A DNA stretch of 64,000 bases from a virus (IMGVR_UViG_2711768162_000009:1-64000); one strand, 5' to 3'; shown: positions 30,713-39,201, numbered from the stretch's first letter. A program made the numbers and translations. The notes: generated by a model not told the origin, from the sequence alone.

Positions 30713-31153
30713 ATGGCTACCGCTGAACAGCACATACCAACCGTAGAAGAAGAGCTTGAGCGCAAGGCGATGAACGAACTGAGCCGCATCCTGCATCTGT
30801 TTGAGACCGGCAGGATCACGCACCGCGAAATGAACCTGATGCTGGATACGCTTTGGAACTGCGTATCCGGGCTCACTGGTGAGGATTGGCGGGAAATGAT
30901 CGAGATGGCTCGCCAGGTGGAGGACGATCAGCCGTCGTGGCGCTACGTAGGCATTGAGCCCGATCAACTCAGACTGGCCGTTGCATGGCGTAGTGAGGAA
31001 GCGCTCGAGCTGGTCTTGAGGGATCGCCACATGAACATCGTAAAGCGACTGCACAAGAACTTCGCCGACGAAGAGCGTGCCAGCGTCAAAACACAGCAGA
31101 CCTGGGCGAAGACCCTGGCTGCGCTCTCTGATAAAGGATTCCGCCCGCTATGA
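30713..31153 (+). CDS. hypothetical protein
   Basis: RBS AGGAG. Confidence 0.7.
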   Translation: MATAEQHIPTVEEELERKAMNELSRILHLFETGRITHREMNLMLDTLWNCVSGLTGEDWREMIEMARQVEDDQPSWRYVGIEPDQLRLAVAWRSEEALELVLRDRHMNIVKRLHKNFADEERASVKTQQTWAKTLAALSDKGFRPL

Positions 31154-31698
31154 TCATCGCCGGCCTCGATATTGAAACCACCGGCCTCTCGGCAGAAAAA
31201 GGCCATCGCATCATCGAACTCGCGACCACGCTTCACGACAGCAACACCGGGAAGCTCGTTGGCAAGTGGGCGCCGCGGATCAACCCGAAGCGCTCAATCG
31301 ACCCGAAGGCTCAGGCTGTCCACGGCATCTCGCTGGATGACCTGAAGGAGTGCCCGCCCTGGGAGGAAGTGGCCCCGAAGCTGATAAAGCTGCTGAAGAA
31401 GGTCGACCTGGTGGTCGCGCACAATGGGGACGGGTTCGACTTTCCCTTCATCATCCACGAAATCGACCGTCTGGGCCTCGAGCTGCCCGACGTGGAGACC
31501 TTCGACACGATGGTCAATGGCTATTGGGCAACGCCCGACGGCAAGCCTCCGAGCCTGCGTGAGCTGGCTCAATCTCTGGGCTACATCTACGACGAGTCCA
31601 AGGCTCACGGCGCGCTCTACGACACGGCGTTGATGATGCAGTGCTTCTTCAAGGCTCGACGGGCATACGGGCTTTTTCAGACCTCAATTGATAAGTAA
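31150..31698 (+). CDS. DnaQ-like 3'-5' exonuclease (DEDDh; epsilon proofreading subunit)
   Basis: DIETTG, AHNG..FD, FDT, AHGALYD. Confidence 0.92.
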   Translation: MIIAGLDIETTGLSAEKGHRIIELATTLHDSNTGKLVGKWAPRINPKRSIDPKAQAVHGISLDDLKECPPWEEVAPKLIKLLKKVDLVVAHNGDGFDFPFIIHEIDRLGLELPDVETFDTMVNGYWATPDGKPPSLRELAQSLGYIYDESKAHGALYDTALMMQCFFKARRAYGLFQTSIDK

Positions 31699-31701
31699 CT
31701 G

Positions 31702-32022
31702 GTGACTGACATGAAGTGCAAGAGCCTTCACATAGGCAGGCTTCCAAGCGATGTAGGAGCCTGTTACTCCCTCGCCTTTCAAACACTGCTGAAGGTGCTC
31801 TATCTCATCCCCATCAGCCTCTTATACGCCACGTTCTCGGCTGTGAGGATGATTCGAGAGCGCCCCTTGGTAAATCACCCGGCCGCCATCGCCCTGGAGG
31901 CGGCCACCTTTGGTCTTTTTTGTGCCGCGTTGAGTGTGATGGTCGTGATCATTCAGGCGTTCGCTGACGCTTTCAAGGGCCGGCTTGCACACGCCTCTAT
32001 TCGCGAAACGTCTGGAAAATAG
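31702..32022 (+). CDS. possible membrane protein
   Basis: Two hydrophobic stretches; weak RBS. Confidence 0.4.
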   Translation: MTDMKCKSLHIGRLPSDVGACYSLAFQTLLKVLYLIPISLLYATFSAVRMIRERPLVNHPAAIALEAATFGLFCAALSVMVVIIQAFADAFKGRLAHASIRETSGK

Positions 32023-32125
32023 CTTGATATTGATGATTACTGCCGCGAACGCATCATTAAAATGAAAATTGTGAGAGACGCGGACAGCATCGCAACTCAC
32101 AACACCAACTATCAGGAGAACGATC

Positions 32126-32980
32126 ATGGCTGACGCACAACAGCAACTCACCGAACTGGACAACCTGTTTGACGGCGTGGACGCACTCGATGCCCTCGAC
32201 CTGGACTTCGAAACCGAGGAAGTCGAAGCCGCCCCGGACCTGGACGAAAACGAGGCGCTGGAGGCTGCGCAAGCTGAACTGGCTGCCGAAGAAGAGGCCC
32301 CGGTCGTAGAAGAAGAGATTGGTGCAGAGCTGGCAGAGCTGCTGGCTGAAGACGAAGAAGAGGCGCCGGCCGCAGAGGTGGAGGAAGAGGATGACCTTGA
32401 GGCTATCGAACGCGAGGCTCGATCCGCTGAGCGCAAGAAGCGTCTCGAGGAAGCCACGCTGACCGACGAAGAGATCGAGGCATCCAAGTCCAAAGCTCCC
32501 ACAGCAGCCGCGAAACCGAAGGCCAGCACCGAGAGCAAGCCGAAAGCCGTCCGTGACGCGATCGACGTTGGCGCTGTCATCGACGAAAAGGTCAAGCCCA
32601 CTACGGATCACTGGGTCTTTCTGGACGGCGCCGACGGAGCTGCTACCCGCGACGAAATCCTGCTCGAATCCATGAGCCTACCCAAGAAGATTCGCGAGAA
32701 GGTCGTGAACCTCATGGACTGGCATGTTCGCGGGAGCAAGCTGTCGGTCTACACCCAGATCGGCTTCGAGCTGCTGCTCGAGGAAAAGACGCTCTCCACC
32801 ATGTCGCTGCGTAACCGCTACATGAGCAACCCCGGCAAGTCCTACAGCCTGGGCACTGCGAACGCTCAGGCGGGCCAGATCATGAAGCTGTTCCGCACCT
32901 TCCGGATCATCAACGCTGCCGGCGACGTCGACCCGGATCACAAGATGCTTCGCACCTTCGAGGCCCACTACGGAGCCTGA
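32126..32980 (+). CDS. protein with hyper-acidic N-terminal half and folded C-terminal domain
   Basis: RBS AGGAG; about 95 N-terminal residues dominated by D/E/A/L. Confidence 0.8.
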   Translation: MADAQQQLTELDNLFDGVDALDALDLDFETEEVEAAPDLDENEALEAAQAELAAEEEAPVVEEEIGAELAELLAEDEEEAPAAEVEEEDDLEAIEREARSAERKKRLEEATLTDEEIEASKSKAPTAAAKPKASTESKPKAVRDAIDVGAVIDEKVKPTTDHWVFLDGADGAATRDEILLESMSLPKKIREKVVNLMDWHVRGSKLSVYTQIGFELLLEEKTLSTMSLRNRYMSNPGKSYSLGTANAQAGQIMKLFRTFRIINAAGDVDPDHKMLRTFEAHYGA

Positions 32981-33082
32981 CGGAGCTGGGGGCTGCGGCC
33001 CCCGCCTCCCAGCTAGCTCTTCGACGAGGGGCTATCTGAGAGGCTGAGCCTGAACGAATACAGCGTGAGTGGCTGTGTGTGC

Positions 33083-33111
33083 GAGGGGCATCTACGGATG
33101 CCCCCTTTTTT
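33083..33111 (+). terminator. rho-independent terminator
   Basis: GGGGCATC-TACG-GATGCCCC followed by a T run. Confidence 0.75.
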
Positions 33112-33131
33112 GGCGAGAAGAGGATTTTGCC

Positions 33132-33722
33132 ATGTCGTTGAACTACAGCACCCGCGTCGATATTGACCGTCGCGAGGTGCCGGCTCGATTCGACCACGAG
33201 ACCGAATGCCGTCAAGCGCTCCGATTGGAAACCGGAATGTGGGGCGTGATCGACAAGCACTGGACCAAGGCCCTGGCTCGAGAGATCGGTGATCGTCGGT
33301 GCCTGGAGGTCTTTGCCGGCCGCGGCTGGCTGGCAAAGGCACTAGCGGATCATGGCGTCGAGATCACGGCCACCAGCCGATTCTCCGGACACGACGGCAG
33401 TCATGATGGCCTGGTGTATGACGTGCTCGACATGAGCGCCTTCGAGGCTGTTCAGCAGTTCGACTTTGATGTGCTGGTGATGTGCTGGCCGCCGGCCTCA
33501 AACGAAGCTGTCAGAGCGGTTCTGGCGGCACACGCCCTGGGCAGGACGTTCGACATTGTGTTCGTGGGCGAGCCCCACTCCGAGTTGCCGTATCGCCTTT
33601 CAGGCACAGCGGACGACGAATTCTTCGAGCGGTGCGACGTCGTGGACGAAGTGACCCCGTATCGAGAGACTAGAGGCAGCCAGGGCATCGACGTCTGCCA
33701 GTGGATGCGTCTGAAGCACTAA
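33132..33722 (+). CDS. class I SAM-dependent methyltransferase-like protein
   Basis: LEVFAGRGWL (motif I), DVLVMCWPP, VFVGE. Confidence 0.75.
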   Translation: MSLNYSTRVDIDRREVPARFDHETECRQALRLETGMWGVIDKHWTKALAREIGDRRCLEVFAGRGWLAKALADHGVEITATSRFSGHDGSHDGLVYDVLDMSAFEAVQQFDFDVLVMCWPPASNEAVRAVLAAHALGRTFDIVFVGEPHSELPYRLSGTADDEFFERCDVVDEVTPYRETRGSQGIDVCQWMRLKH

Positions 33723-33879
33723 GCCATTTCGTTAAGCACTGCGGAGGAAGGAGGATTGCTGGACTGTTGGGAATCGCTCCAGAATCGCGCAGGAGACGAT
33801 TTAACGTATCAGCTATATGCTGACTTATCCTGACAGCGGGAAGCGCTGAGAACGCAGCACAGAGCGCTTCCCGCTCCTA

Positions 33880-34146
33880 TCACTTGGGTTGTGCGACAGC
33901 ACGAACGAGCGACATGCTCCCCTGTTGGATCTGGGTCTTCGCGATAGCGGCCCAGCGCAGCGATTCGCCGGCCTGATCCCGTTCCATTTCGTTCTCGGCG
34001 CCTTGCAGCTTCGCCTTCTGGATCGCCTGGATTCGGCTCACCATCGACAGCAGTTGCTTCTCGGCGGCCTTCACCTCGTTGATCAGGTCGACGGTGCCTT
34101 GGTCGAAATCTCTGTAGCCGTCGATCTTGCGGTGCTGATTGTCCAT
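33880..34146 (-). CDS. acb2: anti-CBASS protein Acb2 (cyclic oligonucleotide sponge)
   Basis: MDNQHRKIDGYRDFDQ..DLIN.VK ... RWAAIAKTQIQQG.M.LVRAVAQP matches the recalled Acb2 family pattern; 88 aa. Confidence 0.9.
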   Translation of the reverse strand: MDNQHRKIDGYRDFDQGTVDLINEVKAAEKQLLSMVSRIQAIQKAKLQGAENEMERDQAGESLRWAAIAKTQIQQGSMSLVRAVAQPK

Positions 34147-34227
34147 GTTTCCCTCTGGAATTGCGCGTAACGTGACAACGCTGTATAAGTCAGCGCTTAC
34201 TGTTACACGCCACACGGAACCCGTCAA

Positions 34228-34626
34228 ATGATCGACCTCGAATACCTCTTCGTCAGGCGCCCTCGGGCCATTCGCGTCATCCCCTTCACTCCGGAGATGG
34301 CTGACAAGGTGGACGACCAGGGCAACAAGCCCATCCACTACATCAAGACCCGTGAGGGGATGCGTCATATCTCCGAAGGGATGCTGATCGCCTTCAAGTC
34401 CGACACTTACCGTCATCCGATGGACCCGGCCGTCTTTCAGCGCGAATACGTCGGCCTGACCTGTTATGACAGCGCCTACGCCCTGGAGCTTCGGGAGCAA
34501 CTGGCCGACCAGCTTCGCGGTGTCATGAAGTCGGATGATCCAATGGCTGATCTCGCTGAGCTGGTGGAGCAGTTGTCCACGCACAGCAAGGTGCCTACTG
34601 ACGAGCACTGCCCCACTGCCCTGTAG
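34228..34626 (+). CDS. hypothetical protein
   Basis: IKTREG...EG.LI...HPMDP.VF..EY pattern common in phage proteins; divergent from acb2. Confidence 0.7.
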   Translation: MIDLEYLFVRRPRAIRVIPFTPEMADKVDDQGNKPIHYIKTREGMRHISEGMLIAFKSDTYRHPMDPAVFQREYVGLTCYDSAYALELREQLADQLRGVMKSDDPMADLAELVEQLSTHSKVPTDEHCPTAL

Positions 34627-34675
34627 CGCACCACTTCAGACTGTTCTACCCCTGACGCACTGCTGTAGAATAGAG

Positions 34676-34740
34676 CGCATCAAGAGCTGATGTTTTCTCT
34701 TGATTCAGAGTTTAGCGGCCAGCCAGGCCGCTTTTTTTTT
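34676..34740 (+). ncRNA. candidate ~65-nt sRNA
   Basis: -10-like TAGAAT (34666), 8-bp hairpin ATCAAGAG/CTCTTGAT with 10-nt loop, terminator GCGGCC/GGCCGC + T9; no ORF. Confidence 0.55.
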
Positions 34741-34821
34741 GCCTGCAAGAATCCGGTCGTTGTAAGTAATGACTTACTTCCTATAAGATAGGGCCAACCC
34801 TACTTCCTTGGATCATCCGCC

Positions 34822-35079
34822 ATGTCTGAGCAACTGCCTTCTTTCCGCGTCACCCTGACCGCTACCGTCCCAGCCTCCAACCCGGTTGAGGCTGCTCACG
34901 TCTTCACTCGTCATGCCGGCCAGCCTGGACTGGACAAGTTCTCCGTGGTGGACGCCGCTGGGGAATCGCATGTCGTGGATATGGGCCTGCTGGTCAAGCT
35001 CGGAGTGCTGAAGTTCGAAGAGCCGGCCCCCGAAGAAGCCAGCGAGACTCCGGAGGCCAGCGAAATTACAGCTGCCTAA
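34822..35079 (+). CDS. hypothetical protein
   Basis: ORF after an operator; terminator at 35109-35132. Confidence 0.65.
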   Translation: MSEQLPSFRVTLTATVPASNPVEAAHVFTRHAGQPGLDKFSVVDAAGESHVVDMGLLVKLGVLKFEEPAPEEASETPEASEITAA

Positions 35080-35199
35080 TCCGATTCGTTCATTGCCATT
35101 GGACCGACGCCCCTCACTCGAGGGGCTTTTTTGTTGCGTGAGTGCCTAGCTGTCTCGGATGAAGCTAGCGACTCCACACGACAACACGGAGCAACGGAC

Positions 35200-35457
35200 A
35201 TGGCGCAAGCGCACGACTACCTCAAGACCTTCTTCGAAGAGAAGCACGTTCCCGACGAGACTTACACCGTCACCGATCAGCACGGCCAGGCGCACATCAT
35301 GTCGTCCGAAACGGTCATAGAGCTGATTATGCAGGCACCCGACCAGGAGCAGCAGCAGATCGCCGACATTCTGCGCAAGATCGACTTCATGAATGGCAAG
35401 GTGAGCCCCTTCCTACGCCACCTGGCAGAAGGGTTTGTCAGAACGCAGGCAAAATAA
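35200..35457 (+). CDS. hypothetical phage protein
   Basis: RBS GGAG; FFEEK...IDF.NG...FLRHLA pattern. Confidence 0.7.
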   Translation: MAQAHDYLKTFFEEKHVPDETYTVTDQHGQAHIMSSETVIELIMQAPDQEQQQIADILRKIDFMNGKVSPFLRHLAEGFVRTQAK

Positions 35458-35583
35458 AGCCCCGATTGTCATTCGGGGCGTCGTTCAAGCTAAACGGGGA
35501 TTCAGCAGGGAATGTTCATACATTGGAGTAGCGGTCATGGCCACCGCAAAATCACTATACCGCTGATGCCTCGTATAAGTCAA

Positions 35584-36100
35584 CGCTTACTTACACCTGT
35601 CGTCCAGAAAAAGCCCGGAGGTAGTGACCAGTTGCCTGAGTCCTTGGCGACGGGTGCTATGCTCCGAGCCGTAAGCACTGAAACGAGGCATCAGCGGTTC
35701 GGGACTGTCTTGCCCCTACTAATCTGAATACGCTCTGCCGCTAGTATAAGAACATTCCGATACAAACCGCAAATTCCAGCTTGAAGCCCTCATGTTGCGC
35801 GTGCAAAAATAAGTCACCGCTTACTGCCTGTATCCAGTAGGCAACCCCACGACCACGCGCTAGTCGGCTCATCCGAGCAGTTACGGAGCGTCCCCTCGAC
35901 GCCGCGCAGAACAGAGGGAGATACAGAAGGCAGCGTGACCGCCACTTGTGACCGGTTGGCAACGATCGGCACGGCCCTTCCAAGGGTGACGATGGGGTGG
36001 TGATGCCCAGGCAACAGGAGTCTGTCGGGGCGTCGATAAACGGGGTGAAGCTGACGCACAAGCGTAGGGTGGTTTGGCCAGCCACAGGTGGAGATAAGCG
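35584..36100 (+). ncRNA. circularly permuted, ORF-less group II intron-like ribozyme (break in domain II)
   Basis: J2/3 AGA, DIII, DV GAGCCG..GAAA..CGGTTC and DVI ending CCTACTAAT lie upstream of a 5' splice site GTTGCG and a DI with EBS1/EBS2 matching the intervening exon; DII arms at 35584-35605 and 36067-36100 pair. Confidence 0.72.
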
Positions 36101-36242
36101 CCCACTGAAATCGGTCCCGATAAACGGTCCCGCTGTTGCTACTGACTCCCCTCTTCCGATCCATGAAGAGGTCACATCGCACAAAGCTCAGATGATAGGT
36201 CAGCAACCCCATCAAAGACCCCCTATACCCAGGAGAAAAGAG

Positions 36243-36479
36243 ATGCCTAGAGGAAAAAGAAAAGCGGATCGAGGCACGCCGGCTCTGAAGAACAGCGTCT
36301 ATGCGGTAAAGGGAGCCAGAAACACTCGATCAGGGATGAAGGCCGTGTTCCGAGGCAACGCCAAACAGACCAAGCAAGCCAAGGACGCAATCGCTCGAGG
36401 CCAGCAGATGGCGAAGATCGAAGCGTATGCCCGAGAGCACAAGATCACCATCGCACAGGCGATGATTCACTTTATGTAA
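36243..36479 (+). CDS. small highly basic protein
   Basis: RBS AGGAG; 78 aa, K/R-rich. Confidence 0.7.
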   Translation: MPRGKRKADRGTPALKNSVYAVKGARNTRSGMKAVFRGNAKQTKQAKDAIARGQQMAKIEAYAREHKITIAQAMIHFM

Positions 36480-36493
36480 CTCAGAGAACTCGC

Positions 36494-36742
36494 ATGATCA
36501 TCACCATCTTCGGACGACCGAACTGCCCCTACTGCGACAAGGCAAAAGCGCTGCTTGAGCTGCTGAAGAACCAGGGGCGCCTCACCGACGGCTGCTACAT
36601 CGACATGCACGAGCACGGCATCACCAAAGCTGATCTGCAACGCACCCTCGGCAATGTGAACACCGTCCCCCAGGTTCTGATCGACCAAAAGCATATCGGC
36701 GGCTACGAAGAGTTCGCCAAGCACGTCGGTGCGAATCCATGA
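36494..36742 (+). CDS. glutaredoxin
   Basis: CPYC, TVPQV, HIGGY. Confidence 0.93.
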   Translation: MIITIFGRPNCPYCDKAKALLELLKNQGRLTDGCYIDMHEHGITKADLQRTLGNVNTVPQVLIDQKHIGGYEEFAKHVGANP

Positions 36743-36999
36743 ATGGCCTGACTCGCGAAGCTCTGCTTGCCAAGCTGCTCGATGCCATTCACGAGGACAA
36801 CGGAAGGAGCCTGGCTACGGTAGGCGTAGAAGCCTCTGTCGAGAAGGCTATCGAGCAGGTTCGGGAGTATCAGAAGACAGAACGCCTGGCCCGAGCCGTC
36901 GCACGCTCCAAAGGCCGCTACCACTCGCAGCACGCCATCTGTGACCTCATGGATCACTACGGCCTGCCGAACACTCGCCCCGAAACGTCAAAAAAGTGA
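36739..36999 (+). CDS. hypothetical protein
   Basis: ATGA-coupled ORF. Confidence 0.65.
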   Translation: MNGLTREALLAKLLDAIHEDNGRSLATVGVEASVEKAIEQVREYQKTERLARAVARSKGRYHSQHAICDLMDHYGLPNTRPETSKK

Positions 37000-37445
37000 C
37001 GTTTGCCAGGCTACGTATAAGAGTTCCAGTGACCCACTTGATCCAGCCGGTCAATCCGCCCTCAAACGCACGGTCACTGGGACTTCCCGCCAGATCACGC
37101 CCCCACCATCCGATCCGTCCATAGCGTCAACGCAACATCACGCAATCCACGCTGAACAGGGATCGCTCCAGAAGCTCGCAGAAGACGTTTCCCAGCGTCA
37201 CATAAGTCATCAGTCGCGTCCGAAGAGAAAAGCGCTGAGAACGCAAATCTGAGCGATCCCGACACGCATCCGACCCAGAGACACAATCCAGCATCCGGAC
37301 GACACACGATAGGGGTGCATTCGTCCCATCCGAACACGCTCAGACCAGGAGAGAGCCCGCAGGACCACCGAGCGCTCGATCGATCCAGTCCGAGACAGCC
37401 AGCAGCCACAGGGCCCGGCCCGCTCAGCTTCCGCTGTTTCTCTCT

Positions 37446-37527
37446 ACCCCTATTATTCTGTAGTTAGTAATCCTCGGATGAGTTTTATATAGAGGGGATG
37501 AGGCATTTACTACAAAAACTCTGCCTC
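37446..37527 (-). repeat. inverted copy of the element upstream of terS (49707-49793)
   Basis: 27-bp identical core AGGCATTTACTACAAAAACTCTGCCTC plus matching flanking blocks. Confidence 0.85.
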
Positions 37528-37779
37528 GGATCAGCGCTGACCAACACAGACCCTCGGATGAGACGGTCCCCACCCTCGCAGGCTCGGGAGCAGACCTACC
37601 AACGGTTCCCGAAACACTACGAATCCAGCCTCGCTTGTGACCAGGCTCCTACCAGACAGCCAATTTTCCCCGACCACCACGAATCAAGGGTCTTTCTTTC
37701 CCAAGGCTCACCGAGCCCAACCTACCCTCGCCCAGAAATCCCGAAACACCACAAAAACAAGGAGACTTTTTCGCAAGGC

Positions 37780-38060
37780 TCAGCCAGCCCTCAGAACCAA
37801 ACCGAAACCTCGAGAGAGAACCAAAAGCCAGGAGAGACAACCGGAGAAGACAAATCCAGAGAGAGAACCACAAGAGAACAGACCAGGAGCCTCAGATAGA
37901 CCAATCCAAGAGAGAACCATAGGAGAGAGATGCCTGTAGGTAGGAGCCTACGTCGGTAAGAGACCAACCATAGAGAGAATCCCATAGGTAGAGGTGTAGA
38001 TCGGTAGAGAGAAAGAGAAATGGGAGAGAGGAAAAAGAGAGGGAGTGGGAGGGGAATGGG
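37780..38060 (+). repeat. purine-skewed low-complexity tract with GAGAGAACCA-like repeats
   Basis: A/G-rich top strand with repeated gagagaacca; no credible ORF. Confidence 0.65.
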
Positions 38061-38372
38061 AGCCGGGTGCCGCCTCTGCCTAAGCCTCTTCCCTCCCACC
38101 GAACCTGCCGCCTGCTCACACAGCCTCGGGAAAGGCGCGACCTGGATTTGTATACCGAGCCACGGCATTGACCATGGTCGGCCGGCAGCCTCGGGAAAGG
38201 CCCACGGTGGATTCTTGCCTGAGCACCACGGCATACCGACACCACGGGACAGGGAAAGGCTCGCGGTGCATTTCTGCCGAGCTGCCGTGGCAGTGACCGA
38301 ACCCGCAGCCTCGGTTACATTGGAGGCCGCCTACGGGCACAGCGAGATAACCAAAACATCAAGGGAACGAAC

Positions 38373-38603
38373 ATGCGGGACAAGATCGAAGCGGTGCTGG
38401 AGTCACCGGGGTGGATGCGGCTGTTTTTGGTGGCGTCTGTTCTATGGGCGCTTGGGATGGCGATTTTCGGGGTGGTCATGCTCGCTGACGGAGATCGGAT
38501 AGACAACGCCATTCTGCCTTTCTTGGCAGCGATTGGCGTTCCTGTGGCGATATACATAGCAGGCAGATTGCTTGCCTGGATCATCCGAGGCTTCCTCGAC
38601 TAA
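38373..38603 (+). CDS. small two-TM membrane protein, paralog 1
   Basis: MRDKIEAVLESPGW...AWIIRGFLD; RBS AGGGA. Confidence 0.75.
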   Translation: MRDKIEAVLESPGWMRLFLVASVLWALGMAIFGVVMLADGDRIDNAILPFLAAIGVPVAIYIAGRLLAWIIRGFLD

Positions 38604-38719
38604 CCGCGCCGCCGACCATGGCATATCGTCGCCACGGCACAGAGAAACGCTCGCAGTGGATTTCACATTGAGGGCTACGGCAGGCACGACAAGATAACCA
38701 GAACATCAAGGGAGCAAAC

Positions 38720-38950
38720 ATGCGGGACAAGATAGAGGCAATGCTGGAGTCACCGGGGTGGGTGCGGCTGTTCAAGGCCTTTTCCTGCCTATGGGTAGTC
38801 GGCTGGCTTATATTCGGTTTGATAGGAATAGTCTACGGCGAAGGATTGGTTGAGACGCTTATCTATTTTGGTCTGGCTATTGGCGGCCCCGTGGTTGTGT
38901 ATCTAGCTGCCCGCCTCGTCGCTTGGATCATCCGAGGCTTCCTCAACTAA
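38720..38950 (+). CDS. small two-TM membrane protein, paralog 2
   Basis: MRDKIEAMLESPGW...AWIIRGFLN; upstream region duplicated too (347-bp period). Confidence 0.75.
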   Translation: MRDKIEAMLESPGWVRLFKAFSCLWVVGWLIFGLIGIVYGEGLVETLIYFGLAIGGPVVVYLAARLVAWIIRGFLN

Positions 38951-39201
38951 CCGCATCTCACACCACGGCAGTCACCCCGGCTGCCGTATCTCCCTTCTCT
39001 CTCGCCCCTCTCTGCCGTCACCAAGGCTCTTCCCTTCCCCGAGATCATCGGCTAATATCCGGAACCGACCGCTTACTTACACTCGTTAGCCAAAAACTTG
39101 AAACTGTTTTCTCTCTCTGGAACCCTCAGTGGCAGGGCTGAGCCCCTGTCTCGCACGTCGCATACTGCATCCATCGCACAACAGCAGTGGAGGCTACTGT
39201 C

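Noticed and set aside
33012-33080. Hammerhead-like CTGAGA-GGC..GCC-TGAA in a structured 3' UTR
   Set aside because: The core lacks CUGANGA/GAAA spacing and a proper stem I/III; more likely UTR hairpins.
35580-36230. tRNA, tmRNA or RNase P interpretation, and ORFs 35512, 35741, 35814, 35881 and 35997 (5' part)
   Set aside because: No cloverleaf/CCA or RNase P conserved boxes; the ORFs lack RBS and phage codon bias. Group II features explain the block better.
37498-38340. ORFs in the purine-rich tract
   Set aside because: Low-complexity translations with no RBS; artefacts of composition skew.
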